64,000 nucleotides of DNA from Albugo candida. Its lineage: Eukaryota. The notes beneath the pieces are model-generated. The model did no database searches and was not told the origin of the DNA. It was given only the letters and a program-made list of their open reading frames with translations. The stretch lies in assembly GCA_040437565.1 (NCBI GenBank), contig JBDOQK010000004.1, forward strand, positions 372,001 to 436,000. Reading direction: 5' to 3'. Position numbers and translations under genes: made by a program. Below, one piece after another: positions 50,890 to 61,638 of this stretch; positions within the stretch are counted from its first letter, which is position 1; each line of letters starts with the position of its first letter.

Positions 50890-51543
50890 ATGTTTCCTGG
50901 CGGTTTATATAGTCGAAATAGAGATGCTTTTGCGAGTCAAACGTTCTCCTTGTTATTTAGTACGCAATCACGACAACCTTTTGATTATATCAACGAAGAA
51001 ATCGAGTTTCCGTTTGTACACGTGGTCGATCAAAATAACAATCTTGTAAAAGATATTTCGATTGAAGATGCACTCGAAATGGCGGACGCTGCGGGAATGG
51101 ACTTGGTTCAGGTTGCGCAACCTAAGAATGGAATGGGAGCACCGATATGTCGTCTACTCGATGCCAATAGACGAATGTTCGAATTGAAAAAAGGAACGAA
51201 AAAGGCGGCAAAGGATAAAGAAATTACGCTTACACCCAAAATTGCGGTATTGTCATGAAAGTGGCTTCGTTTTTCTCACATTACTTATCGCTCGGTCATG
51301 CTGCAGACACACGATTTAGATGTCAAAGTGAGACGTATTAAATCTTTTCTAGCAAAGGGAAGCACTGTCAGAGTCACAGCTCGCTGGAATCGTTATGAGA
51401 ATTTGTTGGAAAAAGCCGAAGAAAAGATGAGCGAGATTACAGAAAAGTTGCTACAAGTTGGTAAAACGAATTCTTCCAAGCAAGTTGAGAACACGTTGAG
51501 GCTTATATTCGTTCCATGCAAAAATGCACAAAGTAGCGAGTAG
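50890..51543 (+). CDS. Organellar (mitochondrial) translation initiation factor IF-3; start codon uncertain; intron about 51247-51306
   Basis: INEEI..VHVVD..EDALEMA..MDLVQV..PICRLLD (IF3-N); KEITLTPKIA/THDLDVKVRRIKSFLAKG (IF3-C). Confidence 0.9.
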
Positions 51544-51794
51544 ACAGGAAGTGTGATTGAACGGAATTCCAGTAAACTTTGGATAGACGACTGATTTCTT
51601 TGTCGATGTCGGTATGGTACTATAACGAGCAAATCCTAATAACATCCTTTGACCAAACTGCAGAATGCAAACGCACGGGCAACTATATCAGCGCAAATGG
51701 TTATGTTAGTGCTCAAGCAGTCAGTAAGGATCATTGAGCTTTTACACGTGTTATAGATTATCCATTCGCTGCCTGAGCTCGATGCATCAATGAC

Positions 51795-54477
51795 TTATCG
51801 TGTTGTTCGCTTGACAAACTGCTCAATGTCAGCTATCAGATCATGAATCGTGCTTTTGATGATGACGTTGACGCGACGTTGATGCGCAAGATCACGTTCT
51901 CGTTTCCGTATTCGGATGTTGAATCCGTAAATTGGACACTCTTGATTAATTGCTACATCAATGTCTTGTGAGGTGATATGGCCAATTCCGATGCGAGCAG
52001 TCTAAAACAGAGAAAAATTGGTAGGCACGTAACAACAGCAATATCAATCACTACCATCAGATTAGGAATGTCGTCGACAGTGTCTTTAATGGTTGCCAGC
52101 GATCCTGCGCTATCGGTCTTGAGGATGATGAAATTCATTTTTTCGTCTTCGTGTGAAATCACTGTCGGTGAAGACTCTTCTTTTTCTGACGATATCTCTT
52201 CAATTTCTTCTGCATTTGATTCCTCCATAGTAATTTCTTTCTCCTCGAATTCTAATCGAAGCTCCCTGGAATCGATACGCTTTCATCTCACCACGTTGTA
52301 CTGAATCAATGCATACCTTTGTTCCAGCACTTGAGATGCTTCCTCGTTAGGTAAAACATAAAATTCCTGCTCAATCGGAGTATCGAGATACTTGACTTTT
52401 TGCGAGTATGTGATATCAATTACTTTGCCTGGGAGACCAGTGGTAATGCTCATTTTAGAATCTGCACAGTGTAGGCTCCGTACGACCCCGTGTATCATCC
52501 CCGAGACAAAATGATCATTCTTCTGAATTCGTCCATGTTTGATCAATACGCGCAGAATAAGTCCCTTTCCGCGCTCTTTGACACTTTCCAGAACAATTCC
52601 CTGTGGAATCACTGAATTTTGCTTCCCTACATACGTCTGAAGAGAAGAAAGCGCATTTTCCTGGAGACTTTTGGTTGTCTTGACGATTTCATCTTTCAAT
52701 CCTGACAAATTCTGCTTGTATTTCGCTGAAATGGGAATCACAGGAGTCCCTTGTAACGCAACGAAGCTTCTTAATTGCTGATGCACGCGATCAACGACAC
52801 TTTTCGCCTGCGCTTGACCATGCTCGTCTTCATTCGAACCAAACACATCCATCTTATTGATACACACAACGCTTGGAATATTCATTTCTTCGATACAGCC
52901 AATTGATTCTTCTGTCTGCAACAAACATCCTTCGTCTGCAGCGACCACCAGCAGAATCATATCCGCTACTTGAGCCGCACTATTTCGCATTCGAAAAAAA
53001 TGAAAGTGTCCCGGAGTATCCAAAAATGTTGCCTTGATCCCATTTTCAAGCGAGACTTCGCATACGTTGATTTTTTGCGTGATTCCCTCGCGCTCTTTCG
53101 AAGCGATGAAAGAATGCTCTCGCAGTGAATCCATTAGAGTCGTCTTCCCGTGATCAACATGACCCATCACGGCGATTACAGGCCCACGTGGTACAATTTC
53201 TGCATGGGAACAGAGCTGAGATTTTTCAAAAACAAATGGCTCAGGCTCCACATGATGATACTCTACATCCACTTTGAAATGATTTGCCGCTTGTTTTGAG
53301 ATCTCAAACGGTAGAACGATTTCCTTGATATTTTTGTACGAANNNNNNNNNNNNNNNNNNNNNNNNNNNNNNNNNNNNNNNNNNNNNNNNNNNNNNNNNN
53401 NNNNNNNNNNNNNNNNNNNNNNNNNNNNNNNNNNNNNNNNNNTGACAAATTCTGCTTGTATTTCGCTGAAATGGGAATCACAGGAGTCCCTTGTAACGCA
53501 ACGAAGCTTCTTAATTGCTGATGCACGCGATCAACGACACTTTTCGCCTGCGCTTGACCATGCTCGTCTTCATTCGAACCAAACACATCCATCTTATTGA
53601 TACACACAACGCTTGGAATATTCATTTCTTCGATACAGCCAATTGATTCTTCTGTCTGCAACAAACATCCTTCGTCTGCAGCGACCACCAGCAGAATCAT
53701 ATCCGCTACTTGAGCCGCACTATTTCGCATTCGAAAAAAATGAAAGTGTCCCGGAGTATCCAAAAATGTTGCCTTGATCCCATTTTCAAGCGAGACTTCG
53801 CATACGTTGATTTTTTGCGTGATTCCCTCGCGCTCTTTCGAAGCGATGAAAGAATGCTCTCGCAGTGAATCCATTAGAGTCGTCTTCCCGTGATCAACAT
53901 GACCCATCACGGCGATTACAGGCCCACGTGGTACAATTTCTGCATGGGAACAGAGCTGAGATTTTTCAAAAACAAATGGCTCAGGCTCCACATGATGATA
54001 CTCTACATCCACTTTGAAATGATTTGCCGCTTGTTTTGAGATCTCAAACGGTAGAACGATTTCCTTGATATTTTTGTACGAAAAAGTCTTTCCATTCCAT
54101 TCTAAATGATATTGACGATTTCGTTTTTTGACAAGAAATGTCAGCACTTTATCCAAAGGCTGCTTTATCTTCTTTGCAAAACTGCGCGCCCGAATGAAAG
54201 CTGGTATTCGAATTGGATTCACTGTATCATTTATCACGTGTTCAATCAGCTCATTTCCATTGTATTCTGTTTTCCGATCAATTCCACTGCTCGTTCGTCT
54301 TTTTGTACGTAGGCCTCGATTCTGAGCCAGCGGTTTGCAAATACCGTTCCAATGCCATTTTTCAACGTTCAGTCTATTGTGGGAATGAATCATTCGCAAT
54401 TGTGAATTAGGTACTGATACATTTCGCCATATTGCAAACTGTGTACTGAGAATCGATCGCACCATGGAGCCATTCAT
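51795..54477 (-). CDS. Organellar IF-2-like GTPase ending after domain III; contains an artefactual internal duplication
   Basis: PRGPVIAVMGHVDHGKTTL, GITQ, FLDTPGH, INKMD, ISAK; IILKTDSAGSL and IGHITSQDID..IYGFNI (domain III); stop at 51795-51797. Confidence 0.88.
52704..54081. other. Largest example of the gap-flanking overlap duplications (assembly artefact)
   Basis: 52704-53342 is repeated at 53443-54081 across a 100-N gap. The same pattern occurs at the gaps near 2047, 5603, 8587, 9406, 16337, 21055, 28967, 30580, 36731, 39940, 43894, 45043, 55385 and 62535. Confidence 0.92.
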
Positions 54478-54633
54478 CTGATCGGATACTTGATACTTGT
54501 ATGTGATACTCGGTAGCAAGTATCGCACTTGACACCTTTTAATACGCACATAACATCTTTATACTACTGTTTATATGCGCGACAAGTCATCAATACGCAG
54601 GTGCCTACGACTATCTCTCGAAGAAGAAATCTC

Positions 54634-55916
54634 TCAAAGTGTCGAATATGCTGAAAGACTATATAGCAGCGGTGTTACGTGCATTCCACCGTTCGTATCT
54701 CGAGCTACACAGCAATTTTTTCAGAACAGTTGACGTTGTTCACAATTGCGATACTTACAAATTCCTGCCACAGTGTACGCTTGCCTTGCTGTAAGGAACG
54801 AATCGGCGCGTTCTTCGTGGGCAAGCGATAAATTGAGACATTCGCCATTTTGCCCGATCAAATCAATCTTTGCGTCACCGGCAATCAGATCTGAACTACC
54901 ACGAATTCAAAACGGGTGAATAAGCTTTAAACACAGCTCAACAACCTTTTACGTATTTATTTGCTGTATGGATGATAGCCAATTGTCTTTCGACCTCTTC
55001 TTTCCTGGCTCGAGCACTTCCCAATTCAAATTCATCCTCCACAGCCTCTGTTTGAGAAGGCGGCATTTCTGGACAATCTTTCACAGCTGTAGACTTGATC
55101 TTAGACCTGTTTTTGACTTTTTTCTTTCGTGGATTTTTAACTGTGTCTTCTTTGACACTCTGAATGGCTGCAAGACCTCGCGTTTGCAGTACTTTAAGCG
55201 CCGAATCCAAATCAATACTCAATTGAACAATCCGATGGCGACAATACTCTTCGACGTCGCAAATGTACGCTGCTTTAATAAAACTCAGTAAAATTGGACA
55301 AGGAACATTTATGTTATATTTTTTTGCTGGAATCGTCTCTATGTAAATTGGGACTTGTAATGTATCAAAACCATTAGAAATACANNNNNNNNNNNNNNNN
55401 NNNNNNNNNNNNNNNNNNNNNNNNNNNNNNNNNNNNNNNNNNNNNNNNNNNNNNNNNNNNNNNNNNNNNNNNNNNNNNNNNNNNTTCGACCTCTTCTTTC
55501 CTGGCTCGAGCACTTCCCAATTCAAATTCATCCTCCACAGCCTCTGTTTGCGAAGGCGGCATTTCTGGACAATCTTTCACAGCTGTAGACTTGATCTTAG
55601 ATCTGCTTTTGACTCTTTTCTTTCGTGGATTTCCAACTGTGTCTTCTTTGACACTCTGAATGGCTGCAAGACCTCGCGTTTGCAGTACTTTAAGCGCCGA
55701 ATCCAACTCAATACTCAATTGAACAATCCGATGGCGACAATACTCTTCGACATCGCGAATGTACGCTGCTTTAATAAAACTTAGTAAAATTGGACAAGGA
55801 ACATTTATGTTATATTTTTTTGCTGGAATCGTCTCTATGTAAAGTGGGACTTGTAATGTATCAAAACCATTCGAAATGCAGCACTCACCAAAGCCATAGC
55901 GCACATAGACAAACAT
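54634..55916 (-). CDS. CXorf65/C22orf15-like protein, multi-exon
   Basis: MFVYVRYG..NINVPCPILLSFIK and KIDLIGQNG..ADSFLTARQAYTV resemble recalled CXorf65 blocks (MFIFIKHG..NTNC..LL; IDL..ASKYLTARSTY); middle exon duplicated across a gap. Confidence 0.6.
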
Positions 55917-55941
55917 CCCGCGAGTCGCGCCTGCTCAAGTG

Positions 55942-57981
55942 TCAAGGATTTTTGTGTTGGCGTGCCCACATCTCCGCATACTTTCCATTCTGAATTCGCA
56001 ATAGCTGTTCGTGTTTACCGCTTTCAATCACTTTCCCGCGATGAAACACAAGGATTATGTCCGTGTCTTGGATCGTAGATAAACGATGAGCGATAATGAT
56101 CGCAGTTTTATTCGCCGTTATATTCTTTTTGAATTCCTCCATTATGTCCGCTTCGGTTTCCGAGTCGAGAGAGCTTGTGGCTTCATCGAATACGATTATC
56201 GAGGATTTTTTCAAAATTGCGCGAGCGATGGCGACCCGTTGTTTTTCGCCTCCAGAAAGCTTCAATCCACGCTCACCGACGACCGTATTGTATCCATCCG
56301 GAAAATGTTTGATAGACTGATCCAATTGCGACATACGTGCTGCTTCATAGACTTGTTCTTTTGTGGCGTCAAGACGACCATAATTGATATTGTAAAATAT
56401 AGACTCATTGAATAAGACTGTATCTTGTGGCACCACTGCGATCGCTTTGCGCAAACTATCACTCGATAAACTACGGATATCAACTCCATCAATTCGGATT
56501 GCTCCTTGGTCAGGATCGTAAAAGCGATACAGTAGTCGTAAAATTGTCGATTTACCGGACCCGCTCGTGCCGACGACACCGACAGTGGAATTCCCTGGTA
56601 CTTTGAAGGACATATCCTTTAGAATTGGATGCATCGGACGGTATCCAAAGTGAACATTTTCGAATTCTAACCCATAAGGTGCTGAGGTTGATGGAAGCTC
56701 TAATGTGCCGTCAGTTATTTGTGGCGTGATGGCACCCAATGTGAACATTGTCTCCATATCCGTTAATGCTTGACGGACTTCACGGTAGAGACTACCAACA
56801 AAGCTCAATGGAATCGACAATTGAAATAACAATCCGTTCACCAATACTAAATCACCGACGGTCAATGCGCCTTCCATAATATCACGTGTCGCCATGTACA
56901 TGATAGCCGTCAATCCGATACTAAAAATACCATTTTGTCCAGCATTTAGCAATGAAAGGGAGGTTTGCGTTTTCAAAGCGGCTTTCTGGTATCCTTGTAG
57001 CGATGAATCATATTGCTTTGCTTCATGCATTTCGTTATTAAAGTACTTTACTGTCTCGTAATTCATCAGCGAATCAATTACCTTCCCAGCAGCCTCATTT
57101 TCGAGCTTATTCATTTCCCGTCGTATATCATTTCGCCACTGCGTGATCACAATCGTGAAGACTGTGTATGTCGTAAGCGTTCCAAGAGTGACAAGCGCGT
57201 ACTCAAACCCATACGATCGAGCCATAATCGTTCCGACTAGACCCAGCTCTAGCACAGTTGGAATCACACGAAAAGCCATTGCACGAAGCACATAATCAAT
57301 CGATCGCGACCCACGATCCATTGTCCTCGCTAATGCTCCTGTCTGACGATCCAAATGGAATTTGAGATCCAAAGAGTGTAAGTGTCTAAATACGCGATAT
57401 GCCACTGATCGGATTGTGTCTTGTGCCACTGTTGAGAAAATCGCATTAGTCAATTCATTGGATGCATTGGCTGTGAATCGAGCAACTCCGTACCCCAACA
57501 CAAGTGATAAAGGAACGTAAAACTCGGGGGAAGCCGTAGCGATTTCAATGGCAGGGAATGCACTCATTTGATTCACGAGCGCTTTGAAAAGGAACGGTAC
57601 CTGTATCGTCAGAGCTTTTGATACTATCACAAGTGACGCTGAAATGACAACTCTTCTCTTGATTTTTCGTGCTTGTTTCGATTTCTCATCCGGCCACAAA
57701 TGACTCAGTAAGAAGCGTAAAATCTGTTGTGTTGTTTCCTGCGAGCGATTGGGAAGAATACCATTTGGAGTTTGAGTAAGCTCCTGAACCTTGCTCGAGG
57801 TCGAATGAGCAAAATGAGGCCAAGGAGCACGAAAACGTGGACGAGAAAGTCTATTGCCAGTGGAATAGAGTCTTAACGGCAGATAATTGACTGAATCAAT
57901 AGAAATTGCAAAGGATGAAACGATACGGAGCTGAATTCGGCTTATTGGGAGCATATAACGCTGACGTACGACAGTCAGCAT
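55942..57981 (-). CDS. ATM1: Mitochondrial ABC half-transporter ATM1/ABCB7 (Fe-S cluster export)
   Basis: Arg/Ser-rich presequence, FHLDRQTG, DSLMNYETVKYF, GTSGSGKST, LSGGEKQR, DEATSSLD, IAHRLST. Confidence 0.96.
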   Translation of the reverse strand: MLTVVRQRYMLPISRIQLRIVSSFAISIDSVNYLPLRLYSTGNRLSRPRFRAPWPHFAHSTSSKVQELTQTPNGILPNRSQETTQQILRFLLSHLWPDEKSKQARKIKRRVVISASLVIVSKALTIQVPFLFKALVNQMSAFPAIEIATASPEFYVPLSLVLGYGVARFTANASNELTNAIFSTVAQDTIRSVAYRVFRHLHSLDLKFHLDRQTGALARTMDRGSRSIDYVLRAMAFRVIPTVLELGLVGTIMARSYGFEYALVTLGTLTTYTVFTIVITQWRNDIRREMNKLENEAAGKVIDSLMNYETVKYFNNEMHEAKQYDSSLQGYQKAALKTQTSLSLLNAGQNGIFSIGLTAIMYMATRDIMEGALTVGDLVLVNGLLFQLSIPLSFVGSLYREVRQALTDMETMFTLGAITPQITDGTLELPSTSAPYGLEFENVHFGYRPMHPILKDMSFKVPGNSTVGVVGTSGSGKSTILRLLYRFYDPDQGAIRIDGVDIRSLSSDSLRKAIAVVPQDTVLFNESIFYNINYGRLDATKEQVYEAARMSQLDQSIKHFPDGYNTVVGERGLKLSGGEKQRVAIARAILKKSSIIVFDEATSSLDSETEADIMEEFKKNITANKTAIIIAHRLSTIQDTDIILVFHRGKVIESGKHEQLLRIQNGKYAEMWARQHKNP

Positions 57982-58072
57982 AACGACCACAAAGTCTCGA
58001 GAAATTATAAGCTTTCGTACATAATAAATCGGAAATTTATATCGTTATATTTTGTATTCGTCCGTCATGATG

Positions 58073-59478
58073 CTACTCTGTATCGTCATCGGTCAAGGCG
58101 CTCAGTTTGGCTTCCATTCGAGCGACAGCACTTGCTAATTTGTCGATATCTGCCGAATGCCGACCTAGCTTTGTAAACATAGCCCCTTGTTGCGTGGCAA
58201 GTTGCTGTTGTGTTTGAGTTGTTCTACAAAGTAAATCCATTAACATGCTCTCCATTTTTGGTCCGGCACTAATTTCTGCATTTTCCGACTGATTCGACAC
58301 CACAGTATTGGAAGGAATCGCAACTGAGGTTCCTTTGATTTCTGCTATCCTATCTACACAAAGTGATGGCTGTTCCAGTGGAGGTGGTTGGCTCTGGTTT
58401 GGTTCAGAATGTTGGTTGCCGGTTGCTCTAACATGGGACCGATCTCGAGCCATTTGATCTAAGACACACCTTCTATCCTCCAGATTCTTCATTGTCACAT
58501 TGGAAAGCTTCTCCAGTGTCGCGACATCGCAATGAGTGCGGGGGACAGTGTCGAAAACGAATACTGTTCCAAGTAAATAACCTTTGGAGGTGCAAATAGG
58601 TGCTGCAGCATAAAATCGTATTTTTGCTGCACCGGTGACAAGCGGGTTTTTGACAAAGCGCTTATCCGCTAATGTGTCGCTCACAATCAGTGGCTCTTTT
58701 GTCATGATCGCATGGGCACAGAAAGAAACAGATCGAGGAATCTCATTCTGTGCGAGCCCTACACTTGCTTTGAACCACTCACGGTCTTCGGCGAGCAAGC
58801 TGATTGCTGCAATTGGACATTTCAGAGCATTACTAGCTAAATCGCAGATAATGTCAAACACATCTTCATTTGGTGTGTCCATGATTTCGAAGCTGCTTAG
58901 GGCATCCAAGCGTTCTAATTCGAACGGAGGAATAGGAGGCTTAGGCCATGGATGATCCCAGCCAAAATCCAAGGTATAAGTAAAGTCTTTTTGCTCGAAA
59001 TCTGATGCGGATTGTATCAAACTATCACTTTTCGGCATCAGAGAATGAGACGTATGTGGCTCCCATTTCTTGTCGTCCAATGGAAGGGAACCTGAAGAAT
59101 TAGTCGACGGTGTGGCTGCAAAATTCGTTTGCTTACTTGCTTGCGACAGTATACAGGACATACACACGCGAACTAGAGATCGACCAATAACAGGAAGGTC
59201 TGCTTCCTTTTTCAGCGTGCAGTTGCCACAAACAACTTCTCCGCACTATCGTATACACAATGTATCAGTTAGTGAATGACACAGTTAACTCAGGTAGAAA
59301 TAGGAACCTTTCTGCAATGATGTTTTCGACGAAAGCGCGTAAAGTTACGTGTGCACACGTTACACCGATAGCGTTCAGTGTCGAGTACCCAATCATCCTG
59401 ATGGCGTAGCTGATCAATAGTCAAAACAGTCTTTCCTCTATATTCAGAATTGCTCTCGCTTTCTCCACGTCGTGCCAT
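58073..59478 (-). CDS. FYVE + GAF domain protein; intron 59246-59307
   Basis: WVLD..CNVC..RRKHHCRK/CGEVVCGNC..CMSC (FYVE); ERLDAL..FCAHAI..IRFYAAAPI..LGTVFVFD (GAF); C-terminal coiled coil. Confidence 0.93.
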
Positions 59479-59978
59479 TAAGCAACTATGGTGCGATCGC
59501 TAGGATCCTAAAACCAAATGCACAAGTCCAGCAAATCTAGTATACAAGAGGAGAAGCTTTGGTGCGTCTCAAGAAACCTTTTACTTTTTATATGTGTGCA
59601 AAGATGAATCAATTTATGTGCGTAAAGGATTGTAGAGCCTTATGTTATCATGCTATTTATTTCACCATCACCTCGCTTTTACAGCGCTAACGAATATATG
59701 CCGACATTCATCGAACGCAATGCCAACCAAATAAGGGCCTCGTGCTTGAGAGCTATCGTATACATCATTCGCCAAATTCAAAGCCAAAAAACCACAGGCT
59801 CTCGCTCGTAGAAGTCAAAGGGTACATGCATTGGGATAGTATGTCCGATTTTCAATGCGGTGGAAGAATTACCAGGTTTAGATGCGCTACCGCACCTCTA
59901 CCAGCAGCAGCTGCACATTTCTGTTCAGAATCGGATCTATATGTACCGTAAAAGGCACCAGTTGGTTCACACAAAATT

Positions 59979-61201
59979 TTATTGGACGCTTATTATGTCG
60001 GCAATTACAATTCTAGGTGTGAGCATTTCAGAAGTTTGCACAGAGAATGTGAAATTCCATCCATACCCAACACCAGCATATTCGCCGAAACGATTCAGGC
60101 AAACCAATCCTCCTTTGAAATTTGGGTAGATTGCTCCAATAGAGCTCAATGCTTTATGACATGCAACTCGCGGCTATAAAACCCACTCAGATGTGATCTT
60201 TCATATAGGTAACTCGACTTACATGGAAGCCATTGGCCATATGCTGAACCGCTTGTGAAGATGGCAAAAATCGCATCATTATATCGCCATCACCTGTGGC
60301 TGCCGCTCCTCCAATTTTAGAATCAACGTATGCACCGGCACCTGGAATAGTGGCATCACCTACGCGACTACTGTTGATCAGAATATAATCATACTCGAAA
60401 AGTACTTGTGCTTCCTACCCAGCAATTTTGTGATTGGCACCATTAGAACTCGTTCCAGCTGACATACAGAGTCTCTTAGTCATATTTTTTGTCTTGTTAA
60501 GTAGAGTAGAACTCAGTACCACCCATATTGCCATGAGAATCTAATACCACTATACCGATTGTGTCATGATTACTTTCAGCCACCAAGGACTGTGAAGCGG
60601 TATCTTCCGCCGGATGACTTTGCATATCTCCGTCGTAGGCGATGGGACGATAAGGTGGACAGGATGAATTTTGAAGATAGACATTGCGAAAATAATTTGG
60701 CTGACATTTCGCATGTTGCCAATTCCTAAATAACGTCTCCGAAAATGAAGTTGTCAGCGATTCCTCTTGGAATCCCATCACCTTTGCAAATTGAAGAGCT
60801 CCATCTCCCACTAAAATACTATGAGCAGAATAATGGAGAACCGCACGAGCTACTTTGATTGCAGCTTTTACACGTCGCAATTGGCCCACAGCGCCCATTT
60901 GTTTGTACGTTCCATCTAAAATCATTGCGTCCAAAGTTGTCTCACCATTTGTATCTGGGCTTGCACCATATCCAACAGTGTGATCACACTGATCAATCTC
61001 GCAACGGTTGCAACCTGCCACGATCGCATCTAGCACATTATTTACGTCTCCGGGATGATGTTTACTATTTGCAAGAACGTCGAAGGCTGACTTTGTCGCA
61101 TCTGTGAAGGACCACGTATTAATTACAGTTATACCCTTCACTAACAGTAGATAGCCAGCCAGAGACAAGAGAATGATTGTACGAGTATTTTCCATGGTCA
61201 T
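59979..61201 (-). CDS. AGA: N4-(beta-N-acetylglucosaminyl)-L-asparaginase (glycosylasparaginase), 4 exons
   Basis: Signal peptide, [26 protein letters not shown], autocleavage site HD|TIG, GTSSNG..KIAG/RVGD..GAGAY, ATGDGD. Confidence 0.95.
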
Positions 61202-61638
61202 TTCTAAAATCGAAATATTTTGTCCAATAATGAGGAGGATAACTGCATACGATTGGACCGAATGTTTGATCGACCGTAGCAATAAACACAGACAATTGAC
61301 ATAGTACCGCTTTGAGCAAGACAAATGATCTCTCGATACTGCCATCTTCACTATCTTGAACTGATCCAAGCCTCATCACCACGTTATTGACTGCTCATTA
61401 AGCGCTAGGAATCATCTTGCAGTATAAATATCAAGTCAATGTAGGAAGGCATTATTTATTCTTGGACGTTGCATTCCCATAAAGCAAACGTTTTATCCGT
61501 TCTTAGAGGTCATTATGTTTGTTAGTGTGTCAAAACCTCGTGGTGACGCGCCTCAATCGTCAACAATCGTATTATCACCCAATCATATCGCTAGTTCTCG
61601 CTTTGTCGTTGGGATCTTTCATTTGCATTCATTCTCTC

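Noticed and set aside
52283-54549. Apparent tandem pair of IF2 genes
   Set aside because: The 640-bp repeat brackets a 100-N gap; it is a single gene
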